Both the position numbers and the translations under genes were made by a program. Shown piece by piece: positions 30,090 to 45,100 of a stretch of 64,000 nt of DNA; position 1 is the first letter of the stretch; the number at the start of each line of letters is the position of its first letter. The stretch spans positions 32,426,001-32,490,000 of the forward strand of contig JBHGNT010000001.1 in NCBI GenBank assembly GCA_043228905.1, in the 5' to 3' direction. The stretch is from Azolla caroliniana. Lineage: Eukaryota; Plantae; Polypodiophyta. The notes beneath the pieces were generated by a model. It searched no databases, was not told the origin of the DNA, and saw only the letters and a list, made by a program, of their open reading frames with translations.

Positions 30090-32110
30090 TCTACACTAAA
30101 AGAGCTTGAAAGCACTCGAAGTAAAGAGTGCAGTGTGATGTCTCTAAGTTGCAGACAATCAAATAGAGATTGCCTGAGGGATTGCTTAAAGAAGCTAACT
30201 TCATGCAGTTGGTTTCGATCAAAGACCTTAGTATTGCAAGCCATCCAAATGGTCTAGTGTGACCTTGGTCATTTACCACATCTCCAATTGATTTTGGCCC
30301 CTTCTTTGCTAAAAAATAATGTTTTTTAGGCTCTTGTTCAACTAGTGACCGTGGAAATATAGCAGTCCAATGTAAGCTTTCGAGGCGTAAAGAGTTCCCT
30401 AATTTTGAATTTCTGCCTCTCCATTTTATGTGCCCAGTGCAATACTTCCTTCCAATGCTTTAGAAGCTTTGAGCTAAACGGACAATCTTCGATATGGCTG
30501 TCAAGCTTTCCAAACACTACATCCCAATTATTAGTATCCCATAATCCAAATGACTTGGTTTTCAAATTATCAAACATATTTGATAGCATTCTTGCCCAAG
30601 GCAATGTTTGTTCAACAACTTTTGGCTCTAAAGTAGCTTTTCTGGCCAACATATGCAACTGCAAATTAAGAATATTTAGCCGTTCACACAATCGTGGAGT
30701 GCATATCTTCTCCAGTAATAAGAGTCGTACACCACTACGCGACTACTTAGAGTACCAAAAATTGATTATGATTTCTGAGTTAATCTTTTGTATTATGTGT
30801 TTCGGCCAATCAATCATAATTAAGTAATATTGAATGTAAGCCATGAATGTAGATTGCACTATCCTCAATCTGACATGGACGCTTCCAATAGCTTAGCTTT
30901 TGTCTCACTTTTTATAGAACCCATTCAACCTTTCCTTTGCCTGTTGCATTCCAACCCAATGGATAACCAAGATGTCCAACCATTTCATTTGGACCAAAAA
31001 CTTGACCTTGCCACAAAAGTTGATCCCAACTATATGGTGTCAAGGGTAGGAGTTTGGACTCGCTAAAGTTAACATTTAGTCCAACAACTAATCCATACAA
31101 TTTGAGGGCATCCATAATCACTCTCATATCATTTGGATTGTTTTGTGACAAGAATGATGTATCATTTGCATATGCTTGGGCTACGAAATCATGTTCTTCT
31201 TTCATTTGTAAACCGTGAAGTTAACCAATTGATACTAGATTATCCTTGTACAATAGTAGTGGATGAGTTGCAATTTCATACAACAATGCACTTGCAGGAC
31301 AACCTTGTCCTACTCATTTGGATAAGCTCCATGAATTTGTCAATTCACTATCAATAATGCATGAAGATGTGCTAGACCCATAAAGCCAATAGATTATTGG
31401 AGACATTTTCGAGCCAAATCCTAGTTTGACCATTCTAGCTGCCACAAAATCCCATTGGATGGTATCAAAGGCCTTTTCAATGTCAAATTACATTATCAAT
31501 ACATCTTGTTTGGTGTATTTGGCATAATACTCCATTCCAATATATACATTAGCAATATTATCTGTAATTTGCCTTTGTGGAATGAACTTATATTGGTTTA
31601 CGTGTATGCCTCCCAACAAAATGTCCTTAATACGGTTAACAATTATCTTTGCAATACGCTTGTAGATCATTAGCATGTCATTGAGAGTGATTGGTCACTA
31701 ATCCAAAAAAGATTCACACAAATTCGTTTTGGGTATTAATTTGACCAAACCTTCTTTCCATGAGATAGGCATATCCCATTTGTCAAGCTCTATTTGCCAT
31801 ATACAATATTAAATCCCTAAGGACATCCTAAAATTCTGCAATGAACTCTAATTTAATTCCATCCCAACCAGGCGCTTTGCCTTGAGCCTCCAGAAGCTCC
31901 TCCATTATGAATGTTGCATTCAAAACAATAGCTTTATCAACCCAAATAGTGGGTTGAACTAGTGACAAGTATGCATCTCATACCTGTTTAACTGCATTTG
32001 TAACAACTACGTTAATCTCAAATATGTGAGAGAAGTGAGTTACACATTCCTTGGCTAGTTCAAGTCGGTTTGTAGTCCACAAACCATCACTGGTTCTGAT
32101 GAATTTAATG
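30090..32110 (-). mobile_element. Degenerate L1/Tx1-like LINE ORF2 (reverse transcriptase)
   Basis: Minus-strand fragments: IYKRIAKIIVNRIK...QYKFIPQRQITDNI, FDIEKA, AQAYANDTSF (YADD-like), LNVNFSESKL, HLGYPLGW. Many stops and frameshifts. Confidence 0.8.
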
Positions 32111-34699
32111 GATTCCTTTTGGCGTATTAGATGCAACCTAGGAGCATGATCTGACAACTGCAAAGCATGATCTACATGCACTGTACATGTGCAACAAATA
32201 CCATCTATCAAGCCTTGCATAATATGAGGAGTGGGTGGTGTGATGAAAAGTAAACCCAAGAACATGTGGATGTGTCATTTTCCATAAATCAACCCAATCC
32301 AATGAGCTTTGCATATTATATCATTGACCTTGTTCCTCTCTCAACATATGCGAGTGTCCACTAGTGTTATCACCTACATTTGGAGAGTTGTTGAAGTCTC
32401 CACATATAAATGCATTTTGTGGCCATGGATAAGCACAAATGTCCACTCTCTCTCTCTAACACACACAGTTGTCCAAAGAGTGCATCCCTAGAATATGCCT
32501 TATTACAAATTGTTAAAACAAGCTTTGAATGTAAGATTTAAGACACAACAAACTAATGAGAGCAAATCTCTCATCTAGCTAGGTGCTTCACATTATAAAA
32601 TAGTTTTAAAAGATGGGCATTAGAAGATTTCTTGGAGTTTTAATTGTTGCTATAAAGCATATTGATGTGATCATAGAGTACACGCACGAAGATGTTAAAA
32701 AGTCAAAACTGGAATAATACTATACAAATGTCAACCCCCAATGGCCATAATACTAGAACATATCCAACCACATGCTACTATCCCCATGAGCCCCTTACAC
32801 TTCTTCGAAATAACTCACGCACGTTAATTGTTGAGGAAGCATCATCACCTAAGTACGAAGATATGCTAGGTATGCAACGAGAACCTAGTGGAGGATGAAT
32901 ATCAACATATAATGTAATTTTGTGATAAGTATGATGATGTGTTAAACAAGCATGATAATTTACGTGTCATACTCAAATCTCCACCAAGAAGCGAGAGCAC
33001 ATATGTGCATCCATTATTTTCACTTAGAAAGATTTTATTATAGACTAATAACCCTCATTCTCAGGAAGGAATTACATACAAGATGACATATTTATTCGAA
33101 TTCCATAGGTCATAATTGGCCTCCTCGTGCACAATAAAAAATCTAATTTGATCTATGATTTGCAAATCTTCGACCAAACCTAAGCTCCTTGAATGAATTT
33201 ATATAGTTCGCTCTCACAATCAAAACATGCACCCTCAATTGCAACATTCATTAATAAAGTTCTTGAACATCAAGAGTCATCACTCACTTTCTTGCAAATG
33301 TTTTGACTATCATATTTGTAGTTTTCTTCGAAAAAATGATAGAGCTCTAGCTTTTAGCATTTTTTGAGATATGGGAAGTTGATACGGAATTAATATGTTC
33401 AAGAAACATTTCAGCCTTGTTCAAATGTCTCAAACTCTTCAATTTGACACATTCATCTTTGAATAACTTCATCATGTGATCATTTTATTGGTAGGCGGTT
33501 GTGAGCAGATTAAAAATTTGAAGTGAGTTAAAGATAGGAATGACTAGTTTTCTTGTTTGAAAATAAAAATAAAAATCGGTTACGGGTTTGTTCTCTCTAC
33601 CATATTCTCAAGGGATTCATTTATTTCTTTTAGACCAAAAGATTCGAAGGAAAAAAAATGTGCTCTCAAAATTTTCTTGTGCATATCAACTCTCTATTTT
33701 GAATTAGGATCATGATTTCTTTCTTGAATGCATTTTTCTTTGGACGCATCATATTATTAAATTTAGAAAGTTGGATCCTGAAGCATCCTATTTTGGCAAA
33801 TTTGGGTTTCTTTGTTCTTTTTGGTATAACATTAAACAATATGGGAACCGATTTGATCAATCATCATAATCAGGAATGATTAATTGTGTTCACAAAGGTT
33901 GATTGGTTTGAGTATCAATAACAATAGAAGTTCAAATATTAGTGAAATTGTCAATATTGGTCCTCAAATTAGGGTAACATGGGTTCCCAATCGTTTGTAT
34001 TTTCTTTGACTATCATGATCCTCATACCCTTGGTCAAAGGCCACAATGCCAAAAATATAGGTTTTAATCTTTTGAAAATCAATTCTTCCAAAATTTATGA
34101 AGTTTCTAGTATTACCCTCTAAAGCGATGAATAATATTGTTACCTTCCCTAAATATAAAGGGATGGGTGTGCGAAATGGTTTTAAAATTCATCCAGGTTG
34201 GTTAAATCTACAGAGTGCACACGAACGAAGTTACCTTAGCGATAGAGTTGATAGAAACCCTCTATATGAGGGGTATTTTTTAATTCAATACAAAAGTGCT
34301 TTTGTATCAATTAATCATATCACAATAGAGTAACGAACATCTTAGACGGATTTGAAATCTTTGTTCGTTATATATCACATATGTATAGTAAAGGAAAACA
34401 ACCAAAACTGGGGTGGAAGACTTGAAACCTCTGATTTGAGATGTAGACACCCCAATATATATATCAATGTTGGACAATGTGCAAGTTTGAGAAAAAAAGG
34501 CACATAATATACGTATGTATTTCATGAGAGTGAACGAAATTGGGACCACGATAGGTACATGTGTCAAATATGTAATATGCAAGAAGAACGAGCAAAACGA
34601 AATAAGTGACTATAATCAACAAGGAAATGGATGCAAAGAGTAAAAACTAGTGGCTTCAAAAGCTCTCCTAGAAGTCATGCACATGCATCGCATGGTTAA

Positions 34700-35600
34700 A
34701 TGAGCCAAAAGAAAGTGGAAATCATAGGAATTGAACCAAGTAAAATAAGGAATGTGCACTAAAAGGTCAAATGATTGATGCCTTCAATGAAAAAGCAAAC
34801 CAAAGACGTGTACCCTAATAGTTGGTGTTGTAGGACATGGCAAAAAAAGGGTATTTGGTATACTCTTAAGCAACATTTATGCGATTTGGATGTATGTATT
34901 AGTGTGCCATGGCACATTGGTATATAATGCAAAGAATAAGAGAGGATATTGAAGTGAAAAGTTCCTAGACGAACACTCCTTACCAACACAAATGATATGG
35001 GATGCAAGATTTGAGGAACAATTTAGTATGATGGCAACAATAACAAGTTTACAATATAGATGTGACATCAATCTTCTAAATGGATATGCCAAAGAAGAGG
35101 TTGGATGTCAAGGAAGAGGCAATTGATGCAACCCTTTACATCAAAACACATGGTGAGCAAATAAGGATCCATATGATGCATGTTGATGATTTTGTCCTCA
35201 CTTACAACGTGAAAGCGGATATTATCTTATTCAAGTTGAAGTTAAGATCTTAATTCAAGATGAATGATCAAGTTTTGTATATTTGTCGGTAAGTTGAGGC
35301 ATATCACATAGCTAATAAAAAATATTCTAGAGAGGGGCCCATGAATATTTCGCTCAATACCAATTCATTTGTGAGCTCATTGTGGATGAAATGGTGAAGG
35401 TCGAATATTTTCCCATGGTGGACAATTGTATGGCAAGGCATCGAGAATCAGGCAGAGAAAGAAGCACTTACTAAGCTTCCATGATAGAGAGTACTAACAC
35501 ATGGAAGAATAAAACAAATGATGTGGGTATTCACCTAATTGAATAATAGATGTGTCCGCGGAATTAGAAGATGAGGTAGGAAATTGCGATTTGGTGATTT
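34700..35600 (+). mobile_element. Highly decayed Ty1/copia RT remnant
   Basis: Around 35120-35200 the sequence reads DATLYIKTHGEQIRIHMMHVDDFVL (YVDD-like), with an LNGY-like fragment upstream. Boundaries approximate. Confidence 0.5.
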
Positions 35601-35939
35601 CAAATGTAGCAAACAACCAACTGGCCTCTTGAGCATGGTCAATTGAAGTGGGTCATCGAGGGTTGACATATATTTGTTGAACTAATGTATAAAAAAAGAA
35701 AGCGTAGCCGAGCAAACCAAGATTTTGCTTTGGAGCACATTCAAAGTCAAACGTGTTTCTATTGTGTATGAATCCTTCATCGTAATCACGGGATATGCAT
35801 GCGTTGTAGTATAGAAAATCTTCGATATGCATTCGGTTTAACTTCGCAGTGTCTGCTACTTTAAGCCGTTGTTTGTTCTATCGACAAACGCGGAGACTTA
35901 GTGACCGATTCTGTGACGGAGGGGTGGCTAGCAAAGGTA

Positions 35940-36110
35940 CATATGTACATATGTAAACGTATACGTATACGGTTTATGTATATGTATATCTATACGTATA
36001 CGGTTTATGTATATGTATATCTATACGTATACGGTTTATGTATATGTATATCTATACGTATACGGTTTATGTATATGTATATCAATATATGTGTATGTAT
36101 ATGTATAGCA
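35940..36110. repeat. 30-bp minisatellite (TATACGTATACGGTTTATGTATATGTATATC-like), ~4 copies
   Basis: Directly visible tandem units. (ATC)n and (CT)n microsatellites follow at 36170-36235. Confidence 0.9.
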
Positions 36111-36171
36111 TAGCCCATTCCAACCCAACTATGTACTGAATGAATGAATGAAGGAATGGCTCTTTCACAAT

Positions 36172-36236
<65 letters not shown>

Positions 36237-36409
36237 ACTACATAACTTGTTTGTTCGTGTATGAGGAAGAGGAAAGGAGAACAGGGGAGGCGGGAGGTCA
36301 ACTGAAAACCGCAAATTTTTTGTCTGCTTTTCTAACAATGACAGCGAGAAAAGCAAAGTGGAGCTTACCCACATACATTATATATTTATTTATTTATATA
36401 TCCCCTCTC

Positions 36410-36519
36410 AAACCCTAATTTCCCCCCTCCCAAACCCTAATCTTAACCTCTCCCTGTTTTCTCTTCCACTGTCTCCCTCCCTCTCGTTTTATTTTTGTCT
36501 CTGCCCTTTCAAACCCTAA
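36410..36519 (+). promoter_or_regulatory. Cluster of three telo-boxes upstream of the epimerase gene
   Basis: AAACCCTAA at ~36410, ~36432 and ~36511 in a pyrimidine-rich promoter/5'UTR region. Confidence 0.5.
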
Positions 36520-36881
36520 TCTTCTTCTCCCGATTTCCCTATCCCTATCCCTAAATCCCTTTTTTTATCCCCCCCCCCCCCTCCCAATCAGATCTTCTCC
36601 GTATTTTTATCCGCTGGGCAGCAATTTTTCCAAAGGGTTTTTTCGAAAGCGCCAGGTTGATGCCTTGTCTTCTTTCTCACGTTCTCTCTCTCTTATGTCT
36701 TTCATGTGCCAGAGTGTTTTCTTTTGATCCTTATGCCCGATTCCTGCACGATGAAGGGCACTAATCATAAATGAAGGGCCACAGATGCAGGTATGAGGAA
36801 GATAGGAAGCCACTAAGCAAAGGGAGGGTCAGAGAGCACGAGAGAGACAGTTAATAATTGTTCTGATCGATAGAACGACTC

Positions 36882-39800
36882 ATGCCTCCTGCCTCACCTA
36901 GTCTTCCTAGAAGGAGAACCCAAAGTAGGTCTTCGCAATCGTGGACTTTAATAGGTGTGCTTGCTTTCTCCGAGCCATATGTACGTCTACATGTTATGTG
37001 CTCATCTATATGTATGTGGGCATGTATCGGTTTACGTATATATGTGTATGCTTGATTTGATCTTGGTATCAAGTAATAATGGTTTTAGCTTTTGCCTGAC
37101 GAGACATGCTCAATGCAAAGCATTACTTTTTAGCATTCTTCAAAAAGGGCATGTTCGATTTTCTTTGATTCCTGGATCCTCAATGAGCTAGACCCACACG
37201 TAACTCATCCCTGTTTTATGATTTTCTTCCCTTCCTGTGACAAATTGTACTATATGGCGCAATATACCCTGCGCTTCTTGTGTGATGTATAGGATTCTTT
37301 TTAAGTAGTTTTTGTGTATGTTCTTATAGCCTCGTTCTTTTCTATATATTTTCAAGGGATGGATTACGGCATCAGAAACCGTCCTCGATCCCAAATAGCG
37401 TTGAAAGTGGTTGTGGCATGCTCTCTCACTGTCCTCTGTATGTACATGCTAAGGCAATCTTCGACCCCTCTCCATCTGAATTCGGATCTGGTAAGATCTT
37501 GTTTCCATTTCGCTAATTCTTCCCGACTATTAAAAGTGTTTAACAAGACTTATCCCTGAAACCCATGTGTTTAAAAGCTCCCTAGAAATGGGCTGGGAAT
37601 CATGCATGTCATGGTAACTGGAGGAGCAGGGTTCATCGGATCGCACGCCACACTACGCCTCCTTGAAGGGAATTACCAAGTCACAATTGTGGTATGTGTC
37701 TGCTTTGTATAGTGGGGATGAAATGAGGGTGGGGGGGTTTAATGCCTGAAAATAATAATAATTTTACTGAAAGGTAATAATAACCTTGATCAAAATTTTG
37801 TTGAATAATTTGTTAGTAGAGATCTCAATGTTTCAGGGTTTCATTTGAAACTTCTCATAACTTAGAGGTATTTGTACCGTCAATTTCAAACCTTTAATAT
37901 TAGTTTGGGTAATGCAACTACTGATTACTGTAAAGTTGGGGGAATTCAACCACCTTGTCTTTTCTTGAAACATTAAGTAATTTTGTTTTACAGGATAACC
38001 TGTCGAGGGGAAACTTGGGTGCAGTACAAGTGCTTCGCAACCTATTTCCTGAGCCTGACAGACTGCGGTTCATTCATGCAGATTTGGGTGATGTTGCAAC
38101 GGTATCCTTTTCCACCATCTTGTCTGACCTTTGCATGCTCTTTTCAAAGTAAAACAATTGAAAATAAATATTGATTATATCTAGTTATCGATAGTTTTTA
38201 TTTTCTCTAAATGGGTGCTGTGAGGGCAGAAAATGATGAATCAAATTCTGCCTCAGCTTTATGAGGAGCAGAAATTGAGACATGCATCGGCATGCATGTC
38301 ATTTGTATGCATCTGGCTATGTCTATAAGCTATTCCTTAGGGCTACCACTAGAAGCCAAATGTACATAAGCTATTCCTCAGTGCTATTAATGCGGAAATT
38401 TATATAAGCTATTCACTAATGCTACAAAATGCCAAATTGTGCATGTGGATGCTATTTACATATTTGTTAATGGTTAAATTTCAAATCAGTATGCCATTTG
38501 TGTCCATCTAAAAGACCATTTATGCATGTTGCTCATTAATGCTCCATAAATACGGAGAAGGTATCACCATGATGGACTTAACATGCAGCGGGGAATCAAT
38601 AAAACAACATATTCTAAGTTATTATTTTTGTGGTTATCAGTTTTGATCTCTTGACTATTATCAGATGGACCAAATATTTTCCACTAGTCATATAGATGCG
38701 GTGATGCACTTTGCTGCTGTTGCATATGTGGGGGAGAGTATGGAAGAGCCTCTTCGGTATAAGTCTTTTCTTGCCTTTCCACTTAACTGCTCCAAAAATT
38801 ATGTTTGCTTTTATATGAAATGGTAAATAATATTCAATGCCTCGTGCTCTATTAGATACTACAAGAATATCACATCAAATACTTTGATCCTACTGGAAGC
38901 TATGAAGAAATATGGCGTGAAAAAGCTGATTTATTCAAGTACTTGTGCCACTTATGGAGAACCCAAACGAATGCCTATTACAGAAGATACCCCTCAGGTT
39001 ATTTGATCTATTTATAACTGGATTTTGCATTTTTAAATTTACTGTGAGACTGTCTATTTCTCACTGAATTTGTTGAAATTGTCTTTTTGTTGCTGAAGTG
39101 TTTTTGTACATTTATCTGAAGCATTGAATCGCATTTCTTTCTGAATGAAGGTTCCTATAAATCCTTATGGAAAAGCTAAAAAGATGTCTGAGGACATAAT
39201 AAAAGATTATGCACGGACAACAGACTTGGGAGCTACCATTTTGAGGTATATGCTGTTACTTTGCCTTGTGAATGATAGTGCATTGTGTTTCTCCAGAAGG
39301 CATTCTATTATTTTCAGAAGTTTTGCTAAACGTATTCTGGAAATCCTAAATTTAACATTTTATAGTAGTCGTCTGTGCTCTTTTCAGAAAACTAGCTTCA
39401 GCCAATATTAATTGTGTTTTCTATCCAGAAACCTTTTTCATTTTTCTGGATTTTATCAATGTATTCATCCATTTTGTTCGCAATAAAATAAACTGTCATC
39501 TGCAAAAAAAAGCGATGGAATCTTTAATTTCTCTGGAATCTATCAATTTAGTAACCTCCTCTGCCAATTCCAGAAGTAGAGCTAAAAGCAGTGACTGCAC
39601 ACGTTATAGTTTGCCTGTTACACCTTACTTTTTCCTCGTGATGGGAACCTTTTGCTAGTTGTGCTAACCAGTGGATTTATTCATGCAAGTTAATAGGGAT
39701 TTATACACAAGGCATTGAACACACGTGATATTGTGGCTTTTCAAATAGGTCCTTGAACGCATGCATGTAACAATAGCTTTCAAACGTTTTGACAAGAAAA

Positions 39801-40648
39801 AACCTCCTGTGTGAAAGATAGATATTGTGTGGATTTTGATCACTGGGATATGTTCAGGTATTTTAATGTGATTGGATCAGATCCTCATGGAAGACTTGGT
39901 GAAGCACCCAGACCAGAGCTCAGGCATCATGGACGAATCTCTGGAGCATGCTTCGATGCTGCCTTAAATTTAATACCTGGACTACAGGTGTGTTAGTTAT
40001 CGATTTTCGCCATTCATTGGTATCTTCTGCGGTGTTGTTAAATGACAAAGCTACCTTGCTGTATCTTCCCATTTCATGATAACTATTTTTATAATACAGA
40101 GAGAAAATAATGCTTTTACATTTCCTTTGAGAGGTCATATTGTATGTGCAATAATCAACATATTGATTGGCTTTGTATCATAATGCAGGTAAAAGGAACC
40201 AATTATGATACCAAAGATGGAACGTGCATTCGTGACTATATTCATGTTACGGACCTTGTTGAAGCCCATGTGAAATCTCTTGAGAAGTTGGAATTGTCTA
40301 CGGTATCTATCTACAATGTTGGTACTGGCCAAGGTAGTAGGCTGCTTTGGATAAGAAAAGAAACTTTATCTATATGTTTTGACTAATCTTTTGTTTGGGG
40401 CTTTTGTCATTGTAGGGAAATCGGTAAAAGAGTTTGTGGATGCTTGCAAGGAGGCGACAGGCGTCAACATCACAGTCTCATATTTGCCTAGAAGGTCAGG
40501 CGATTATGCTGAAGTTTGGAGTTACCCTAAGAAAATCAATGAAGAGCTCAATTGGAGTGCAAAATACACAGATTTGAAAGAATCTATTGCCATGTCATGG
40601 AAGTGGCACCAAGCTCATCCAAATGGTTATGAGTCGGCTAATATCTAG
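36882..40648 (+). CDS. UXE: UDP-D-xylose 4-epimerase / UDP-arabinose 4-epimerase (MUR4/UXE family), 10 exons, ~421 aa
   Basis: Exons 36882-36954, 37357-37490, 37578-37691, 37994-38101, 38665-38756, 38856-38997, 39151-39245, 39858-39987, 40189-40333, 40416-40648 (1266 nt). N-terminal GMDY plus TM segment, [34 protein letters not shown], catalytic [40 protein letters not shown]. Confidence 0.93.
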
Positions 40649-42119
40649 TCTTTGTTTTTCTCCCTATTGATTATTTCTTCACCTTTCGATGTATCTACTA
40701 TTGTATTGAAGGGGCCTCTCTTAACAAACATTACAAAGGCTAACCTTACAGCAGAGGACTATAAAAAGTCAAGGGTTACACATAATTGAGGTGACAAGGG
40801 AATAACAACTATACAATTCAAGATATAGTGGAGATGCATATTTATTTCATCATGCATCTTATTAACGATAATCTCGAGTGTTGGGAGTAACAATACTGAT
40901 GCATGTATATATGGAGACAAGAAACTGAGACTTTTGTAATGTCACACAAACATTAACAAATTTCTTCCTTAAAAAATTGTATGTAGCCTTTTACTTTCCA
41001 TCTTGGTGTGGAGCACCTTCATGTTTCTATATTTGCTTTAAGGTAGTTAATGGATGTATGCAGTTGCAAATGCAAATGAAGCAGAAAAACAGGGTTATCT
41101 CAATGATTTTGGGGAGAACTTAGTGTTCCAAAATCAGGCCCATGCATCGTATCTGGAACAGTATTCGCTTTATGGAATGAATCCAAGTTTCAAGATGATT
41201 GATCCTTTGGGGAGAACTTTGGATTGCCAAGCGTAGTCATATGTAGGACATGGAGATTGGAAAAGAAGCAACTAGGTTTCAACCAAGCCTATGTATGTGC
41301 AACAAATGGTAAATGGCAATACTAGTTTATCTCAAAGACAAATCCAGCTGTATGTTTATTACCCTCACAGCTACCACTCTAATACTTGGGCCTGCTCTGC
41401 CATGAATATCATCGAGTCATATTTAACATCATAATTTTCTAGAACCGAGAACATAAACATACAAGTTTTTACATTCTATCTAAATTTAACAAATTATTTG
41501 ACATCATCACGAGTGACTTGAGGAAGCCATACATAGAAATGAAGATAATGAAGATATATATTTCATAGGTCGAAGAGATAGATCAGCTACATTTAACTAC
41601 ATGTGACTGGACAATTCCATTGATCAGATAATATTTGAACTACAACAGGCTAAAAAGTTTTATTTGCCTTTGAGAATCACCTGTTATGTTAGCACAAAAC
41701 AAAGTCGAACAATTCTCTATTCAGAATGTCCCTTCCTATACATTTCTCATCATGAAATCAAGTCAGGCCAAATTTTTAGCTAACTAAAATATTCCCTATT
41801 CTGGCCTCTTGTTCATGCATTCCTTTCAGTTGACCAAACAAGGCAGCATGTTAGCTCCATTGGGCACAAATCAAACCTTTTTATTATATACAAATACACT
41901 AAGTGTGGAGCTCTAGAAATATCCATAATAACCAATTGACTGCTGCTGTTAGTCAAAAGCTCAGACCCTTATAGCATGATTGGAGCACTGCAATGAGCAA
42001 ATACTGAAAATATCATCAGCAGCTGTGATTTTACTGGTGATTCTTGACCAGTGTTGGACTTCGTATGAGTCATGTATAGTATACACATCATAAGAACAAG
42101 ATATGCCGACGTAAACCCC

Positions 42120-45100
42120 CTATATTTCACCATATGGAACACGAACAAAAAGCTGGCCGTGCAATGTAATTACTGCAGATGTCTGATTGGCATCAATAGC
42201 TGACGGCAGCTTTATTACCTGGCATCAAAATAAACTTGAACTTAATAATTGCAACAGCAGGTTAGCTTCTTCCAAATATAATATATAAATAGAGCATGTT
42301 AGAGAAAATAATGGCCATATTTCTTATCACTGGGCTAATGTTTATTTAAACTTGTGGATTGGAATGGAAATACTTAATTAAGAACGAGTAGGACATATAT
42401 GAGTTTTTTTCTATATTCCTATAAAGTTGTGTATTTCTCTTTATTTTCCACTTTTAGAGATGCCCCCTTATTTATGCACACTACATCATTGACAGGGATT
42501 TCCTTCTTTCCACCAATCTCTCTCATAGTAGATAAGGATATATACACTTGAGACATAATCAAGCATTTGTCCAGTAGTGACACAGTCAGTTATAGAAATG
42601 CTTCAATGACTACCTTCCTAAACGGAGTGACACCCCAAGGATTGTTTGGCTGTTCTGGCTCACCAATAATTACCAGCATTCCACCTGGTTCACATTGTAT
42701 TCTTAACTGCAAAGGAAACAATTATTCACAATATACTTGTGTCAAGCTGGTATTAAGAGGGCAGCAAGTATGAAAACCACAGGGGTTGACCCTTGAGCCT
42801 TTATACATACCTCTTCCTGAAGCAATCCTGGAACCAGTGCATATACCTCAAAACAATCACCCTATCAACGGCCAGAAAAAAAATAATCATTAAGGCAATT
42901 TGAATTAAAATAGCATGGCAATGTGTTTGTGGCAACTCTTAACAATCAGTGTTGAGGACATTTATACCCCAACTATAAGTGTTCAGTAACAGAACAGTTG
43001 AGTTTCCTTTTCACAAATCAAATAATAGGACAAATGAGAATTATCGAAATTTATAGGAAGTTCACTTGAAACTTGTTTCTTTAATGCATGAAATAATAGG
43101 ATACTGTAAGACATTACATAAAATGTATAGCATGCTGGAAGACAATTTAATATAGATCAATTACAAACTGCATCCAACTGGCAAGTTCAAACTTCAACCA
43201 GCCGTCAATGATCAAGTGTCTGTATCTTTTCCCAGATATAGATAAGTACAGAATAGAAAAAAAAATTACATGCCTAGTTTTAAGGAATTTTAGAAACAAA
43301 TCAGTTCTTTAATATTAATTATTTTACTTTCAAAGTGTTTCATGAAGCTCACTGTTTTGTGCACATTGATCTTCACCCAATCAGCTTCTGGCCCTTCATC
43401 AGCAACTCTAATGTCCACTCCATTTGCAAGATGATAGCTACTACTTCTCGACACAGGCTTTGTATGGCTTTGTTTCAAAGATTGCCTCTTCTGCATCTCA
43501 TTGAAAGATGGATATCTGTGATCATCACTATCAACCTTGAGTGAATCCCCAGCAAAATGGGACCTCGTCCCATTCATCAAACGAGCAGCTTTAACAGGTT
43601 GAACTGGTATAGGAGTATTCTTTCTCTTTGGGATTTCTGCGGTTAAGTAGTTAGAGAGTAAATTGATTCCGTCCAACTCTTACTCAAAACAAACATTTCA
43701 TTTAATTTCCAGTTGCTTACCCATCTGTCTATCTCTTTTCGGTGTCGGCATACTAGAGACTTTTTCCTGGCATAATATAGATGTTCACAAAACTGAAACA
43801 TGGGGAAAACTGGAAGAAAAAAGATGTCTATCATGAAATATACCTTAGAGAAGTGCACCCCTTCATCTTCATTCTCGCGAATTTTCTGTGAATGCCAGCC
43901 CTGCATAGCCCTCGTTGCTGCATCTCGCCTAGCACGTCCCTGTGTCTAGTCTATGATGAGCAAAATTTTCCAATATTTTGTGGCACACTTACCATACCAA
44001 TATATACACAACCATTTCTTTCAATGGTATCCAAGTATTCCATTTCATGGTTGAACATATTTGTCTCACAACCGTTTCACTTCATCGTTCAAAGTTTCAT
44101 ATCATAACTACACACACAAGCATTTCAGGGTTTCATAATTCATGCTGTTATGACATCAGGGAAGGAAAAAGAACCTGTGTAAGCCCATTCTGAACCTGAC
44201 CCTCAGCTGCATCAAAACGACCCCGGCGACCCGTGCTGTACCCTGTTCCTCGCAGCATGTGTCTCTCATAATCCAGAAGAGACTGTCCAATTCAAAACGA
44301 TGGCCTTTTATGAGCATTTCTATTTCATACATAGAAGATATCTTAACCCATCCATCTAGCATTACAGGAGTTCTTAAGCTCAATTAAAAAAAATACATGA
44401 TGAATTTCTATCCTTCCCATGTGAAGACTCAAGCTCGAAGAGCTCAAACTCTAAGTAGAGTTTTGCTAATACAAAAGCAACAATTTGGATCACTCATGGA
44501 TTCTCCCAAACCTGCCTATAAAATGAGAGTTTCAAAGACATTCCATGATGGCATCATTTGCACCAATGTGACAGATAGATAGCTATATGCACTACAAACT
44601 TGCATGCTCATCAGAGGAATCATATCATGTCAGCATCATCACATAGAATGATCAAAAGACTTTTCTCTGCAACACATGGCTATCCATTTGAGAGGCTAGT
44701 TTCTGCTTTGGAGAATTTCTAATTAATAAACGTCACAGGTGAACTTGTGCTACCTCTGCATACATAAGATATCAAACAGAACATGTATACATCTTCCCCA
44801 CTAGACTTTTGAATCATGGTTAATATGACAGAGAACCCATTACTCATCTAACAGCACGTTTACTCTATTGCCTTATTCTATTTCTGTTTGACCATCATTC
44901 TATAAAAGAAAAATATGTTCTCGTCCTCAATTATCGTTAACTTCTCATACAAAGTATAAGAGATGCAACAGTAGCTATTGTAGGTGAAGTTAACATGTGC
45001 TACCTCTGCATATCTAGGACATCAAACAGGACCTGTAAACATCTTCACAACTAGGCGTCTGAATCATGGTTAATATGACAGAGAACCCTTTACTCATATA

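Noticed and set aside
35901-36374. ORFs with YMYI repeats or poly-Met
   Set aside because: Translations of a minisatellite and microsatellites.
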